Assembly: GCA_965153455.1 (NCBI GenBank)
Contig: OZ234494.1
Span: 3,658,001 to 3,722,000, forward strand
Origin: Sphagnum compactum
Taxonomy: Eukaryota
Length of the DNA stretch: 64,000 nt
Reading direction: 5' to 3'
Of this stretch, positions 50,734 through 64,000 are shown piece by piece (position 1 is the stretch's first letter; the number at the start of each line of letters is the position of its first letter). The notes beneath the pieces are model-generated. The model did no database searches. It was given only the letters and a program-made list of their open reading frames with translations, and had not been told where the DNA came from. Position numbers and translations under genes: made by a program.

Positions 50734-53700
50734 TTGGGAGTCCGCCGAGATCCCGAAACGTCAGAGAGTAATTGCAGGGGTCAAAACACCTCGCATTGGA
50801 AAGTTCTTTATATCATTGGAAAGCTATGGAAGTGTAGATGTCTAAAATGGGCTCACATGACCCATTTGGACATCTACAGCACAAGTTATGGCAAAAAGAA
50901 AGGTCGAGAGTCAAACTGGCAGTTTGACTTTCGACCACAAAAAGTCGGGAATCGACCTGACCCCTGTGTGTGCAGATGGAGTGCAACGCACCATTGAAAG
51001 CTCTCGATGAGAGTTATAACTTTGCTTCAGACCTCATCCTGATCAAAGGTCTGAGCAAAGAGTTATAGTCCCGCAAAGTTGCAGGAGTCTAAACCTTGGC
51101 AGTTTCAGGACTCCTCCTTGGGAGTCCTGGGACAAAAAACCATTCGGATGTAGGTGCCGCGGAGAGATGCAGAGAATACTATATGGCGGAAGGTGGTGGC
51201 TTCCCCTGAGTCCGGGCCGTGGTGAGTCTTGTGAGTCCAAAGTTGCCCGTGGCTCGTCCTAGCACTAAAAGGTGCTCTAAACAGTATTCTAACAAACTTG
51301 TTGGTTGGTTTGATGCAGATTCGAGTGAGTAACTAGAATGCTTGTCACTCTTCTTAGTCCCATCCCGGAGCCTCAGCACGCCCCTCTACCCCTTTGAAGT
51401 GCTGAGAGCTGGGAGCATGCCCCGAGCTCCTAACATTTCCGCTGTTCATTACCTTAGACTCTCCTTGAGTCTATCAAGGAGCTTGGGAGCATGTCATTAA
51501 AGGTGACTACATTGTAATCTTGTCAAAACTTGCTAGATATGAATTATTGGCCATGGAATAAAAAAACAATGAATAAGATGTGTAAGGGATTCAAAAAAAA
51601 TAAAATTATATGATATTGTCACATTTTATATGAATGGATTCATATGATGGCATCATATGAATGGATTTCATGAATGGATTTTGCATTGCCATAATACATT
51701 GGATTGTCGAAGTGTTACAAAAACTACATCACAATCCATATTATAATATGATTATGGATCCAACATTATGATTGAAATGCTTATTTGATTGAGTGATTTG
51801 TTTTTGACATGGAATGTAATGCAATGCCATTGATACAAAAGAGGACAAATTTGAAGGATTTTGATGACCATAATATTCAAATATATATGATGGAATATAG
51901 AGCTTTCCATAAAGTCCTTTATTCATTTAAATTAATAATTCCACTTCTTATTTTTTAAATGTAAAATTTTGATGTATTTATATATTGATCAAGTTTAAAA
52001 ACAAAAAAAAACTTGTTTAGCCTTGCCATATGACTTGTGCAATACAATGTATCTAACTTATAGTGTATTTACAACATTATTTTGGTCATTTCTATCCTTG
52101 GTTTGGACTCCACATGCAAGAAAGTACTAGACCTTGGTGTGTTTTCTAGTAGCAACAACAACAAGAAGCTTGTGAGTCCCTTAAAGCTACATCTTGCAAC
52201 TTACAAGCTTGTTGTTGCTTCATGCTTGTGGCCCATGTTGCATGTCACATTTGTGACCCATGTCATGTCTCAATTTTGTGCACTTTTAAGTTCACATTAA
52301 CATGCTTCAAGCTTGTTATTACTACAACCAAACTTCACAATGTTCACCATTCACATAAACCAATGTGATTAATGCTCAATGTTCACATTTGAATAAAAAC
52401 ACAGTCAAAGGAGCCACCCAAGTGAATGGACACTCCTTATAATTGCATTTTTATATGTTTGAAAGATCATAAGGGAAACATAACAGTTTGGATTGTCATA
52501 AATGTTTTTGAAATATCTTTCGTTAATTGTAAAGTTTACATGTTCAAAACTTGACACAAATCAAAAATGTTTTTGTATGTTCAAAGCACTCAAACTTCAA
52601 AAGTGGACAATCTTTATTTTTTTCAAATGTTTCTTTTTTGTACCAAATGTGCATCATTCCTTTTGAAAATTGAAGAGGATGACACTAATAATTAAAAGGG
52701 AAAAAGGATTTGAATTGATGAAGTTCGTTTTTATAACCAATTTTGAGCAAAATTGGTTTAAACGTGCTTTTGACCTTGAAAATTATGAATTTTGAAAATG
52801 TGGCCTGAACAAAAGTTGTTGATATTTACGTGATAGAGGGCATAAATGCATTATATATCTCATATAAAATCAATTTTTAGTCAAAACCAATATATATCTA
52901 ACATGCAATGTTAAATTGGATATCCAAGAAGACTTTTACCTTAACACCCTTAGTTCCTTTTACTATGCTTTCACCCATTTGCAAAACATTTTTGAAGCAC
53001 TTGAGGCTTGAATGTTGAATGATAATTCTTCAAAAGTTAGGAATGAGGGTTGAAGCTTGAGAGTCCAAGACTTGGCCTTGATTCTTGTTGCTTGAATCCC
53101 CAATGTTCATAAGTTGTAACCCATTAGGTTACATGGTGGTGAACATCATCCATAGGGATGGCAAATTTTGGCAAATCCAATAGCCCTAATTGTGAAAAAG
53201 GAGACCTAATGGCCTTGGATGGTGATTTTTTTGCAATTCCAATCCTTCATGGCTTGAATTTTTAATAACCTCCATTGTCAACATATACTTGTTTGGCAAG
53301 CTTTGGGGTCTTTTTTCTTTCCAACACTTGTCATAGTTTGAATGAGCAAGTTAATACTTCAAAAGTGATTTTTTTTAGAGAACCTTTGATCCTAGTTTTG
53401 ACATTTAAAAGACTTTGGTAGGTTTTTTAGATTTGGGTTTGAATAAGAAAGGTTTTCAAATTTCTAAACCTTGTGGTTCTAGTTTTGGTACATTTTTTCA
53501 AATTCAATAACCTTTGGGATTGGTTCGAAAACTAAGTTTGGTTACTACACATTCTTCATGACTTGAGAGATAATTATAAAGTTTTAAAACAAATTGAAAT
53601 TGGGGATTGTATAGGTATTATAATATTATTTTTTATTTTTTCAATGTTGTAATGTTGCTCAAGTGACGATCATCCATAAGTATCTTTAGCCAAATTTGCC

Positions 53701-55564
53701 AACATTCAAATTATGAAGTAGAAAATCTTAAGCACCCTATCATATTGTAGGCAATTTATGGTGATTTGTAAAAAAAAAATTCATTTTTTGAAAATTTAAA
53801 AAAAATTTGTGGTAAAACATTCCTTTTTGGAAATGATTTTCTGATTTTGGTGAAAATTTGCCAAAAAAAAAAGCACTAATAGGTATGTAGTTCTATAAGT
53901 AGGTAAAACTTTAATCAATTAGTTACAAAGTTTAACCTACTTGTCAACTCTTTAAATTTTTTTAACTTGCTTACCTATCAAAAGAATTTGAACATGTGTC
54001 CAAGGGTTCTTTTTCACCATTCCGAATTTAATTCCACTACTAGCAAAAAGGCTAAGTCCAGGTTCTTACACCGGTTCCACCAAAAGAGTGTGGTGGGTTT
54101 GGAGCTGGGCCACAAGAATTTGAACATGATCCTCATGTTCAACAGTGCACAAAACTGACCTGCCAACATCTTAGGAAGAATTCCCTATCTTGAAATAGAC
54201 TTACAATTGTTGTGACCTAGCTATTGCCAAGTACTACATATTCTAAAATAGTATTGTTTGGCAGCTCATTACAAAATAAGTAGATGTGGAACAAGTGCGA
54301 AGCACCAAATAACTCACCATGAAGTTGGTGATGGTGTACTTTGAAGATTGCAAGAAATTGCAAAATTAAAGATAGGAAGTTGATCCTATAGATAAAAAGC
54401 AAAAACTTTTGGGGAGGTGGGGGAGAGCTTGGGAGGAATAGCCCAAGTAGAGAACCCTAGTTGGGTAGGGTCTCATATCCTATGCTTGGTCTTTGAATAG
54501 GAATGCCATGGATGTGTACTCAAAGCACATATTTTGTAGAGCCAAACCTGGCTCTAAACCAGATATGAAGGACAAATATTTAATCATCCTTCCATATTTT
54601 TGGCTACATATAACTGAAAACAAAATATAAGGATGATTTGGTGACTTTTACTATTTTCATTTCCAACTTCTAGCAATTGAAACACCCTAAAATCACTAAT
54701 TGATTTTTTTTGAAATGTTCATTTTTAATTTCACTTTTTTGTGAAATTTCACCATTAGAAAAAAAAGGCTGGTGCCAGGAATAAGTTAAAAGCCCAGGAT
54801 GTTTGCAGACCAGCATCACCAAGGGTTATGAAATTTAAACTAGAGTTAGAGGGGACAGGACTCTAGGGCCAGGCCAAAAGTGGCCAATCCAAGGCCAAGA
54901 TCTTCATGCCACAGGTCCTTGGGGTCCTCATATTGTAGGCCCTTAATCTTTCATGTCCCAATCCCTTGGACCCTAATATCTCAGAGGCTTTTTACTTCCA
55001 GGTCCTAATGTCCTAGGCCGTTGAAAGTGTGAAGTCAGGAACTTAGATGGGTAAGGACCAGTGTACCCTAGGCCTGGTCATTGCCTTTTTATGAAACTTT
55101 ATTATATTATGTATGTCCATAGGATTCAACCCTAAAACCAATCCATCTGTATAGGCCACAAGAAACCAGTCTGACCCTTGTTGTGTTCCCTAGGAAGGTT
55201 ATACTGTAATGCCCCAGGCCCTGTAACCCCTAATAGTCTCTGAGCAGTTAAAAAAACACATACTTCCAAGTTTCCCGAGCGGTCAGCTTAGAAAACTTAC
55301 CACATGGTCTCTGTAAAGTGAAGGCACTTGCACCAAGTTCAGCTAGGCTTATTGGGCAGGCTGGAGAATGTTTTCCCCCTGGCCAGAGAGCATGGAGGAG
55401 CTGCCCAAAATGGCTCATAGAAATTGGCTGGCACTACCTTTAAGGGCTAAGTAGGGGTCACATTCTTTGCTGGCAAGGGGATCCTAAACCCAAAATATCT
55501 ACAAACCATCAATGAAATTATATGATAGTTTCTTATACCAATGTAGGGAGGCCTAGTTATTACA

Positions 55565-55850
55565 ATTTTTTTAATAAATAAATAAATAAATAAAGGAAAA
55601 ACACCTGGCAAGGGAACAAGAGAAGAAAAAAAGAAAGGACTGTAGTTGAAACAAAGGATCGCACTCGAAAATGCAAAACGCACAATGAGGAGCCCTAACA
55701 GGAGAAAACCCGAAACCTTGGACCTAAACCCATCATCAGCAGCATTAAGCAAATCATGCAAGGAGATGGGCAAGGAACCTGGAAGGACACCAAGCCTAGA
55801 AGAGGCCTCTCCTGCTGCCACAACTGCCAATGCAAGATATTACAACTCTT
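55565..55850 (-). mobile_element. Possible 5'-truncated 3' end of a non-LTR retrotransposon
   Basis: Minus strand reads AVVAAGEASSRLGVLPGSLPISLHDLL, then a T-rich UTR ending (TTTA)n-AAAAAAA. From memory this resembles the C-terminal tail of RLE-type (CRE-like) non-LTR elements in mosses; unverified. Confidence 0.35.
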
Positions 55851-58800
55851 TTGTGGGATTATGTGACCCAGCAGACACCAGTGCAGCATCCCATTTTAGC
55901 TCCATTCCAGTTGATGAACCAAAACCGAGTTATCACGGTTCCACCTGCAGGACCTATCCTATAAACTCTCCTAATCCTCCCTTCCCTACCCAACTAGCTA
56001 CCTTGATGTAAGTGGGCCAATATCATAGGTACAAGTAGCACAACAAACTTAATACAATGCTCCCCTTATTTGCCAATAAAACATTGAAATATTGAATCCC
56101 ACAATCCCTTTGGAGAGTTTTCCAAGTGTTTTGTTAATTCAACTTCAAATTTGTTAGAGGTTTCCACTGTAATCCCTACAGGGAATGCCAAAAACTTTGT
56201 TGTGTAAGTATGGAATGTAAGTGGTTACTATTTAATTTATCAGTATAAGAATCCACCCTGGTGACTTATCCTATAAACTCTCGGCTTACTCCCCACTTGC
56301 CCCCCACCTAGTTTGTTACTACCTATGTCCGTGGGTCAGTATCATATAGTTAAGTAGGAAGGGAATGTACTTGGTTACAATTTAGGTACGTAACTTGGAG
56401 GTAAGCCACCAGGTAGGTAGATGGATGTGGATGGTTGGTGCTTAGTTAAACTACTCTCCTTAGGAATGGGACCTAAAAAAGTGTTTCCTGTCCACACACC
56501 ATCCATCCTGCATGGTGCACTGGTGGGTCAGCACCTTCACTCTGGCCATCTTTCTGGCCATTTTTTTTTTTTGTTATTGCAGAGCTTAAGCAGTTCAATT
56601 TGGGCGCTGGTGGGTGCTGGTCCACTCTAGCCCTCTTTTGTGTACTGCTTAAAAGCTGTCCTTAATTAAAAGATGTAAACCAGAGCTTTGCAATGTAACA
56701 TCTGGTACAGAAGGACCCACTGGGATGGATCCAGGAGCCACAGTTTTGTGCATTCTGTTTTACATGTTGTAAACACAAATTCCGTGACCTCTAAAACGTT
56801 TTACCAGCTTTCAGCAGACCACAAAAGGAAAGAAAAAAAGATCCAAAGGAGAATATCTGCAAACTACGCAGATGAGAGCTTACAGTAATCACATGAGAGC
56901 TTACAATTAGAATTAAGTTGCAAGCAGGCGCATTTGCAAAAATTTAAGCCTTAATTTATTCATCAGCTGGCTCTGCTGCATTTGACTTACAGATGCGGAA
57001 GCAAGAGCCGGCCTCACACCAGAAATGCAGGTCCAAGCAATATTATTAACATCATCCCAATATTGCTCCACCGCTTTTACTATCCACCTTGTTGCAGAGT
57101 AATAGATGAACAAGTCCTTTCAAGCTAATTCAAGAATGCTTGCAATCGCACAGCTTATAGGGTACTGCTGGTTCACGGATTGGAATACCTTAAGTTTAAT
57201 TACATATGTGAGAAGAAAATGCGTGTTAATGCCCTGGCTCCAAGGACTCATGCAGTGTACTAGAGAGCAGGTATAAGCTCCTCCAGCACTGTTAACGTGC
57301 ATTTAAGTAACACGGCATTGAACCCAGCACGACCAGCTGGTGCAAAGCTGAAATTGCTATCAGACAGTACAGCTATTTGGGATAATGCGGATTTGACCCA
57401 GCGCGGTAGTAAAAAATTCTGGAAATGCAGGATGATCATAGTGCAAATGCTTAATGATTTTCTCTCTCACTAGTAGGAAAAAAGATTAGCGTCTCTTAAT
57501 TGATTAAGCGGCAGTATTAAGTAATTAACAGATGATTAATCTTCACATTAAGATCTGGGGTGGCAGATAATTATGTCATTTTCTTGACCAGATTATACGA
57601 CATAATGGGCAGGGGCTTGACAATTCCATAGAATATTATGTATCATACAGCTAATTGCATGAAGTGAGAACGCAATAATTTGTTGTCAATTTGTCGTAGA
57701 CTGCAACCTGCCCGCACGTATTTTGGCAACCGGAGCATATGCTTATACCTACTACTACGTACGTCCTCGTCACTAGGACCTTCCTCAGCCTTGATCTTAT
57801 GTGCAAACCTGCTTGCTTGTAGGACCTCTTCTACGGACTCATGAATGCCCCCCCCGCCCCCAGCCCCACCCATACCAACCCTCCCCCGCTTCTGCCCCAT
57901 GCATATAATGCAGGGACATTCACAAGCTAGTAATAAACATGTATTGGGTACAGTACTATTTATATACAAGAGAAATAGTACTCATGTATCTTTCCTTTGG
58001 GCCATATTGCCGTTGAAATGACAAGCCGTGAACTGCATGTTGGGGACTCGTCATTACGACAGTACAGCTCCTGAAGGGAAAAGTACTTAGTAAGCCTGCA
58101 CCGACCATGTCTACTAGGGGGTCCTTTTAGTGTAGTTCACGTCATGGCAGCTGGTGGAGAGAAGGTACCCATTTGTATTTCTAGGTGGTAGTTGTGATGT
58201 TCCATTCGTGATGCTGCATGCAGGTCCAAGTACCTTGACATGCAGGCTTAATTAGCATATAATTAATTGAGTTCCCTTTCGACCTCTCCGGCCACCAGTA
58301 GTACCCTAGCAGCTAGTGGTCCCTACTACAAGACAAAGTCTAGTTCAGCTCATGAATAAGTTGCATCCCTGCTTGGTTGGTAGTTGATGGCCTCCCAATT
58401 ATGCCCTGTATCAATCAGCTGGTGGGTCCAATCCTATCAGCCCAGTACTAGTGCTCATGATCTGCACAACCTGCTTTTGTATTTAACAAGATTGAAACAC
58501 TTGGTTAATTGTTAATTATTGCCACTGCATAAGGTTACCATTTTTTTTCCTGAACCACCGCCAAGGATTTAACTTGGTCCTTGCCCCTAGGTGGTTCCCA
58601 AATTTTGGATGGTTAACATGCCCATCACTGGCATGACCCGCCTGCACCTTTCCAATATGGAACCTAGATCGATTTTGAACACATGATTTCTTATTTAAAT
58701 TATCACGACGATGAGTTCTTTTATTATGCACTGGATAAGGCTGTCTGCATTGGCTTGAAACGCATGTCGATGAATTGGACTAAACCCATCGAACCCATAC

Positions 58801-61800
58801 AGAGGATATCCTCCTTGTACCAGATGGAATTATGAGTAACTTGTCAATATTGTAGCTGCCCACCAGGACAATTATGCATTAGAAAGAAATTTAGGTTCTC
58901 CACATTGTTTTCCCAAATTCCTATATATCATCAATCGGTGAACATTTTTTCTGTAAATTTGAAGCCAATCTGCCCAAAAGAAGATGTACATTATATGTGA
59001 CACATGACATGTAATCTTGTTTCAGATGTTCCCAAAAAGTAAGGTCACCAAAATATGTTTGAACAATGGAGGATTTTTACCCAGGTCTAACTGCATTAGG
59101 GCCAAATCTGTTGTTCTATTTCAGTTTAACGTTACTCATCAAAAGATAAGTTGCACTGAAATGCTATGCACCATAAGCTGTTATATAGTCAATAAAACTT
59201 GCTAAAACTCAAAAAAAAATTCATTCCTAGAACTATAAACCCATGTACCAAATATTAGATTCACTCAGTGTCCTGTGTATTTAGCTGCTTAGCACTAGAA
59301 ATTGCTGTAGACAAGTTTAGTATAATCTGAAACAGATGTCTGGAGCATATGTTTTATTTTGTATATAATTGTAAGAAGGCTGATTGTAACATATACAAGC
59401 TCACAATAGGCGAAAAGGTGTATTAATTGAGTCATTAAGATATATTTTGGTCATTAAATACAGTGGTGATTTCACATGGGAAACATAGACACCTCATGAT
59501 TAGTTCCTTTCTTGTGTACCAATTAATTGATTAACAATGTAGACTGCAAGAGCAGCAGTGATGGGCTGGGATACTTTCCTTTCTATTTTTTGGTTGTGAG
59601 AATTAATTGAACTCTCTAGGATGTGATCAATTCTCTTCCACTTCTTAATAATGGTATTGGAAGAAAATTGTTGAGTGTGGTGAAACTTTCACCCAAAAAA
59701 CACTTTCACATGTGTGACCTGCAATGTGAGGGAAATGGTTTTTGACAAGTATAGTTCCCCAAACTGTGTAATGAGTGATCACCATTATAGTAGTCACACT
59801 CGCTGCCAAGTTGAACATCTCTACTCAATGTATTCATTGCACTTAGCCAGAAGGTGGTACTCCAGATTCAATTTGCTTGCCAACTTGACATAAACCCAAG
59901 AATCATTAACAGTAATCCTCCAATCAGTAAATTCCCACCAAGCCCAGAAATTAGGTCTACAGTACCAGGTTCTATAGGAGAGGTAGAATATCAGGTTGCT
60001 GCTATCAGTGTTCAGTTTCTGGCATCCTCCTGCAATATTGGTGGCCCTTATAATTTATAAAATGCACCACATGAAATCTCAAAATCAGTTTTGACAGTTG
60101 GGAATCAACCGCCAAACCCTGCCCAACAGCTACCTCAGATATGTTTGCCTAGAGGGGTGTCCTCATGATCCCATTTGTTTCAATTTCTTCAAATGACGTA
60201 CGAATTACATCCAACCAAAGATACAATCTAGAAACAAATTGGTGAGAGTAGTTTACAATCTCAATTATAGTAGTCACAATACTAGTGCCGCCCTGCAGGT
60301 AGGTTAGAATCGTCTTTACTAATTAACCTAGGATTTTCCAATTTGAGTTGCCGACTGAAATGAAGAAATATTGCAGGAATATGAACATGTAAGGACTATA
60401 TCTATTAAAAATGTTTCAAAAAACAGAAAGAATTTCACAAACCCCCAGGGGTTTTGTCTGAACATCCCATTATTTGAAGAGGATTCTATACGGTGGGTCA
60501 TGCCGTTATATTGAACACGTGCGCGTTCGTGGAAAACGTCAGGTGCGTTCAAATCTAAAGTTCGCAAATTGGCCGCACCACCATTTTGTTGTGCATTGAA
60601 ATACGGCTCATGATCATTGGGAATGAATTTGTGTCACAGGCGTTTGATTAGACACGTGCATTTGTCGCAAACGGTTGAATCGCGCCTCCGTCCGTCCGTC
60701 GGTCCGTCAAAGTTTCAAACCAGGGGTTTTTTGGGGGTCCGTGTTGTTTTGAATAAGCATTCCTCGTGCGCTAGGGACTTTCTAAAGCGGTACATTAGCG
60801 GAGAATCTTTGGTCGAGATAACATTTTTTTGATAAAGATAACTAATAGTTAGAATATTTTTTGATCAATTCTAAAGAGCATGTGAGACTTTACGTTTGAA
60901 CAAGTATTATAACATCATTTGTGGAGAACTTATTAGAAGTGTTGTTAAATTGTCTTCGAGCTTGTTCTTCCCTCAGACTCATTTGCATTCCTTCTAGGAA
61001 TCTAGTTTATAGCACATCCTCTAATTTATTTCTTTCGGACATTTATGATCTGAATCGCTCCTGCCAATCGATGTTCCTCTGATCGTAAACCTGTTTTCGA
61101 ATTACAGCGTCTGTTCATTAAGGCCTAATCATAAAACAAACGGACTAATTCTAGAAACTGCCCATGCAATATAATCACGAGGGTGGCAAATATGAGGCAT
61201 TGCCTGAGCACACCTAATACTCATTCCCTTTCCGAATCCCTTCAGGGTTTAGGTATTATTCAAATCTCGTATGATGATTGTACCTGGCTGTTGTCGAAGT
61301 CATGATCATCAGAGGATACTCTGAATTTAGATTTTCTTTTAAAAATCAATTTTATAGGATTTAGAGAAAAAAACATTCCTTCAAGAGTTGGTAATTATCT
61401 CTAGATCTATGCTTAATGTAATGCGAATTTCCAAGTTGAAGTCATGGCAAATTCAGCTGGTCCTTCACAAACCACAGTCTGGACAGCTGGGAAAAAAAAG
61501 GAGAGAAAAAACTAGGGCTCAAACCGAAAAGAGTTGGAATGACAATAAAACCTAGGGTACAACTTTTACGGCAGCTATTGCTCTCTGGATGGACGTGCCT
61601 TGTCCGACAGATGTGATTTCTTTGGATGGTTTGTCACATGGGTATTGAAATCAGTTGAAGCACTGTGCATCCATTCATCCATTACGTCGCTTGCACAGAT
61701 CCGTGCATCGAGATTGCTATATAGTTCTTCCCAGAAATGAGCTCGTCACTCAGTTTTCCGAAAGCACAGAGCTTGTAGCGCTGTTGTTTGCATTTGTGGT

Positions 61801-61913
61801 GGTTTGCAGCTGCTAGCTGTTCTCTGAGTTGTGTTCTTGAAGGTTTTTCCATTTGATTGAGAGTTATTTGTGCAGTTCAATATAACTGATACTTTCATGA
61901 GCGAAGGTGAGAA

Positions 61914-63296
61914 ATGGAGTTCGAGATTGATGAGATTGGCAATAAATCCGTCACTTTCATTCCTCCCGGAAGAGACGGAAAAGTTCCAGAGAAATTCAGG
62001 CTGATGGCAGCTCTGTACAATGAAACACGTAAGTAGTTTATTATATTCTGAGCACATGTCTGCATCGGCTAATTCATTTGGCATGCAATATTGTCCTTGA
62101 GCATCATGCAACGCCTTGTTTTCTATAGCCGATTGATCTGCATGTCTGCAACACTTGAAGAAATTCAGTGTAGTGCAAATGGTATACATTCCGTTGAGGT
62201 TGACGGTGATAATGCATTGCACGGTCCAAAGTTCCTGACAATTGAAAAAAGAAGATCTCCTCTGACTGATCATTCTAATTGTTTGGTGCATTCACCCACA
62301 TGCAGCTCAACTTCTCCGGTTGAAGAGTTTCGTCGCGAGTTTGCATACCCGATACGGACTGGAAGCCGGTGGGGCAATCTTGGAGCACATGGTTCCCGAG
62401 CCGAGGAGTCGCGCTCATGAAATGCATCCCAATGTACTCTTCATAGAGTACGTTGCATGGGTATGCGTGACGTCTGCATCGTCTTCACCCTATAGCATGT
62501 GGCTCCAACCGCCGCAGATTCTCACACGCCGATTAATCCCGTCCTCTGTCCTGGACGTTGTTCTGGGCGCGCTTCTTACTGCCGCGGACCTTAACAACAA
62601 GTACCATCCGATCAAAGTCGAAAAAGCGCATGTATCTGGAAATTTTTTCCTGGTGGGTACTTTCTTATGAGCTCTCACCATTTTCTAAAATTCCAGACTT
62701 ACACAATGCTGCTAATCTAGGTCGTCATTTTCTTCTTCTCAAGTTCTGTAAGTTTCTTCCACTGACTGCAGCGTTTCTGCACATGTCTTCTGATAAAAAA
62801 AATTTGTCCCTCAGGCAAGTTCATCAGTATATATAACACTTGTTGTTACAGACTCTTTACACAACACGGAGTTTTCAAGCTGTAGTTGCAGGTCACGACG
62901 TATAATGTCATAGGGTTTAGGGTTTAGATCATGGCTTCGGCCCGTGCTAGATTTGATGCTAATTTCTGTGAGCTGATTCCGAGTTATGTTTTGTACTTAA
63001 TGCTGCAGCCAATTCGGGAGAGTAGCTTCAGAGACACCCACATGTCAAGAGGCCACGCAATGGTGGACCTGGTGAACGTGATGGGTTGCGAGTGGCAGGA
63101 TGTAACCTGGCTAGCACCGCCGGTAGCCGTTCTCACCGGCGATAACTGGAGGAGATTCGCACAAGACAATCGCGTGGACGATGGGGACGTTTGCGTGTTG
63201 GAAATTGAGCGCGGACATGCCTACATCAGCCGCAGTCTCAGCTCACCGCGCAAACTCCAAATCAAAGTCCATGTTTTCCGCATGGGCTTCCCTTGA
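61914..63296 (+). CDS. Divergent B3 DNA-binding domain protein (REM-like), 3 exons, ~242 aa
   Basis: Exons 61914-62028 (donor C|gtaagt), 62306-62631 (acceptor tgcag with upstream ctaat branch point; donor |gtatct) and 63009-63296 join in frame to 729 nt. An in-frame TGA at 61908 precedes the ATG. The C-terminal half shows a B3 pattern: LLTAADL..VDLVNVMGCEW..LTGDNWRRFAQDNRVDDGDVCVLEI..LQIKVHVFR. Confidence 0.7.
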
Positions 63297-64000
63297 AGAA
63301 GACAAAGTAACTAGTGCATGATCAATGGCGTGGATCCATCAACCTTCGATGGAATTAGTTGGCTGTAGTAGCTGAATTTGGCGACAGTAGCTGCCATCTG
63401 CACAGCCTCGTCCGCTAAATTTGGGCTTGGTTTTTAGCAATTGATTTCAATGGTTAGAGAAGAGCATCATGGATTGTTCAACTGTTGCTTTTGTTGTTGT
63501 TTTTGCAGTAATTTTCTTCCCTAAATTTGGTTCAGTCCTCACTGTGTTCAATTTTGATTTCTCTTTGGGGCAATGGTAATTGGGGGATATAAAGCTGGCT
63601 AACTAGTAGTATATATCTCATCATGCTAATTTGTCTGCAGGAATTTTTGGAACAAGTTTTGGCATTTCCAGCTGATCAGCTGATCATCCCCCATGAACCT
63701 TTTGAATTGTGAATTTGGTATTTGTGAAAATTCAAAACTGTTCTTTGAATTCTGCTGTTTGTTGGTTGCACAGTGAAGTTTGCCTTTGCTCAGTCAATGG
63801 GCAGCTGCAAATTCATTTTTTGCCAATTTTCAAATGATTCAACTGCTAATTCGACTTGTTGGACATAGATAAGAACTTAGCTTGTAACAACTCTTTGTGG
63901 TACGCAGTCTAGCTCTGTGAAAATCTATATTGAAAAATATAGATCTTACTTACCCTGAAGAGATGTGAAATATAAAATCAATTTATGTAATGTATACAGA

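Larger units (their letters stand above)
43738..51496 (+). mobile_element. Solo LTR (~824 bp; 43738-43803 plus 50739-51496) of a related gypsy family, split by the younger element
   Basis: Starts TGTCGTAAC at 43738 and ends ATGTCA at 51496. Perfect 5-bp TSD TTAAA at 43733-43737 and 51497-51501. Sequence is homologous to the reverse complement of the young LTRs, e.g. ggtggtggcttcccctgagtccgggccgtggtgagtc at ~51193. Confidence 0.9.

Noticed and set aside
62091-62305. 109-aa ORF 62091-62420 as the B3 gene's first exon
   Set aside because: It is out of frame with the B3-containing exon. The 62028/62306 splice gives a continuous frame and places most of this ORF in an intron.

Overview
This is eukaryotic nuclear DNA with GT-AG introns, AT-rich intergenic blocks and many transposon relics. 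Gene content and repeat landscape point to a bryophyte, possibly Sphagnum-like; this is inference only. Four spliced genes can be modelled by hand. (1) A 15-exon TPR-SET/MYND (SMYD4-like) lysine methyltransferase, 4724-9273 (+). (2) A 4-exon protein phosphatase 1 catalytic subunit, 22065-18827 (-), which keeps a C-terminal TPPR motif. (3) A 14-exon bacterial-type HslU/ClpY AAA+ ATPase with a mitochondrial-type presequence, 27682-32470 (+). (4) A divergent 3-exon B3-domain gene, 61914-63296 (+). Mobile DNA includes a decayed Ty1/copia element split by a TIR element, several MITEs, and degraded intronless kinase and RING-finger relics. A young, full-length but frameshifted Ty3/gypsy chromovirus (43804-50733, -) is nested in opposite orientation inside a related solo LTR, with both target-site duplications intact. 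I found no rRNA, tRNA or CRISPR features. Nothing here is clearly an undescribed system. The best candidates for follow-up are the plant HslU, the orphan-N-terminus B3 gene, the nested inverted LTR structure and the kinase/RING cargo block.
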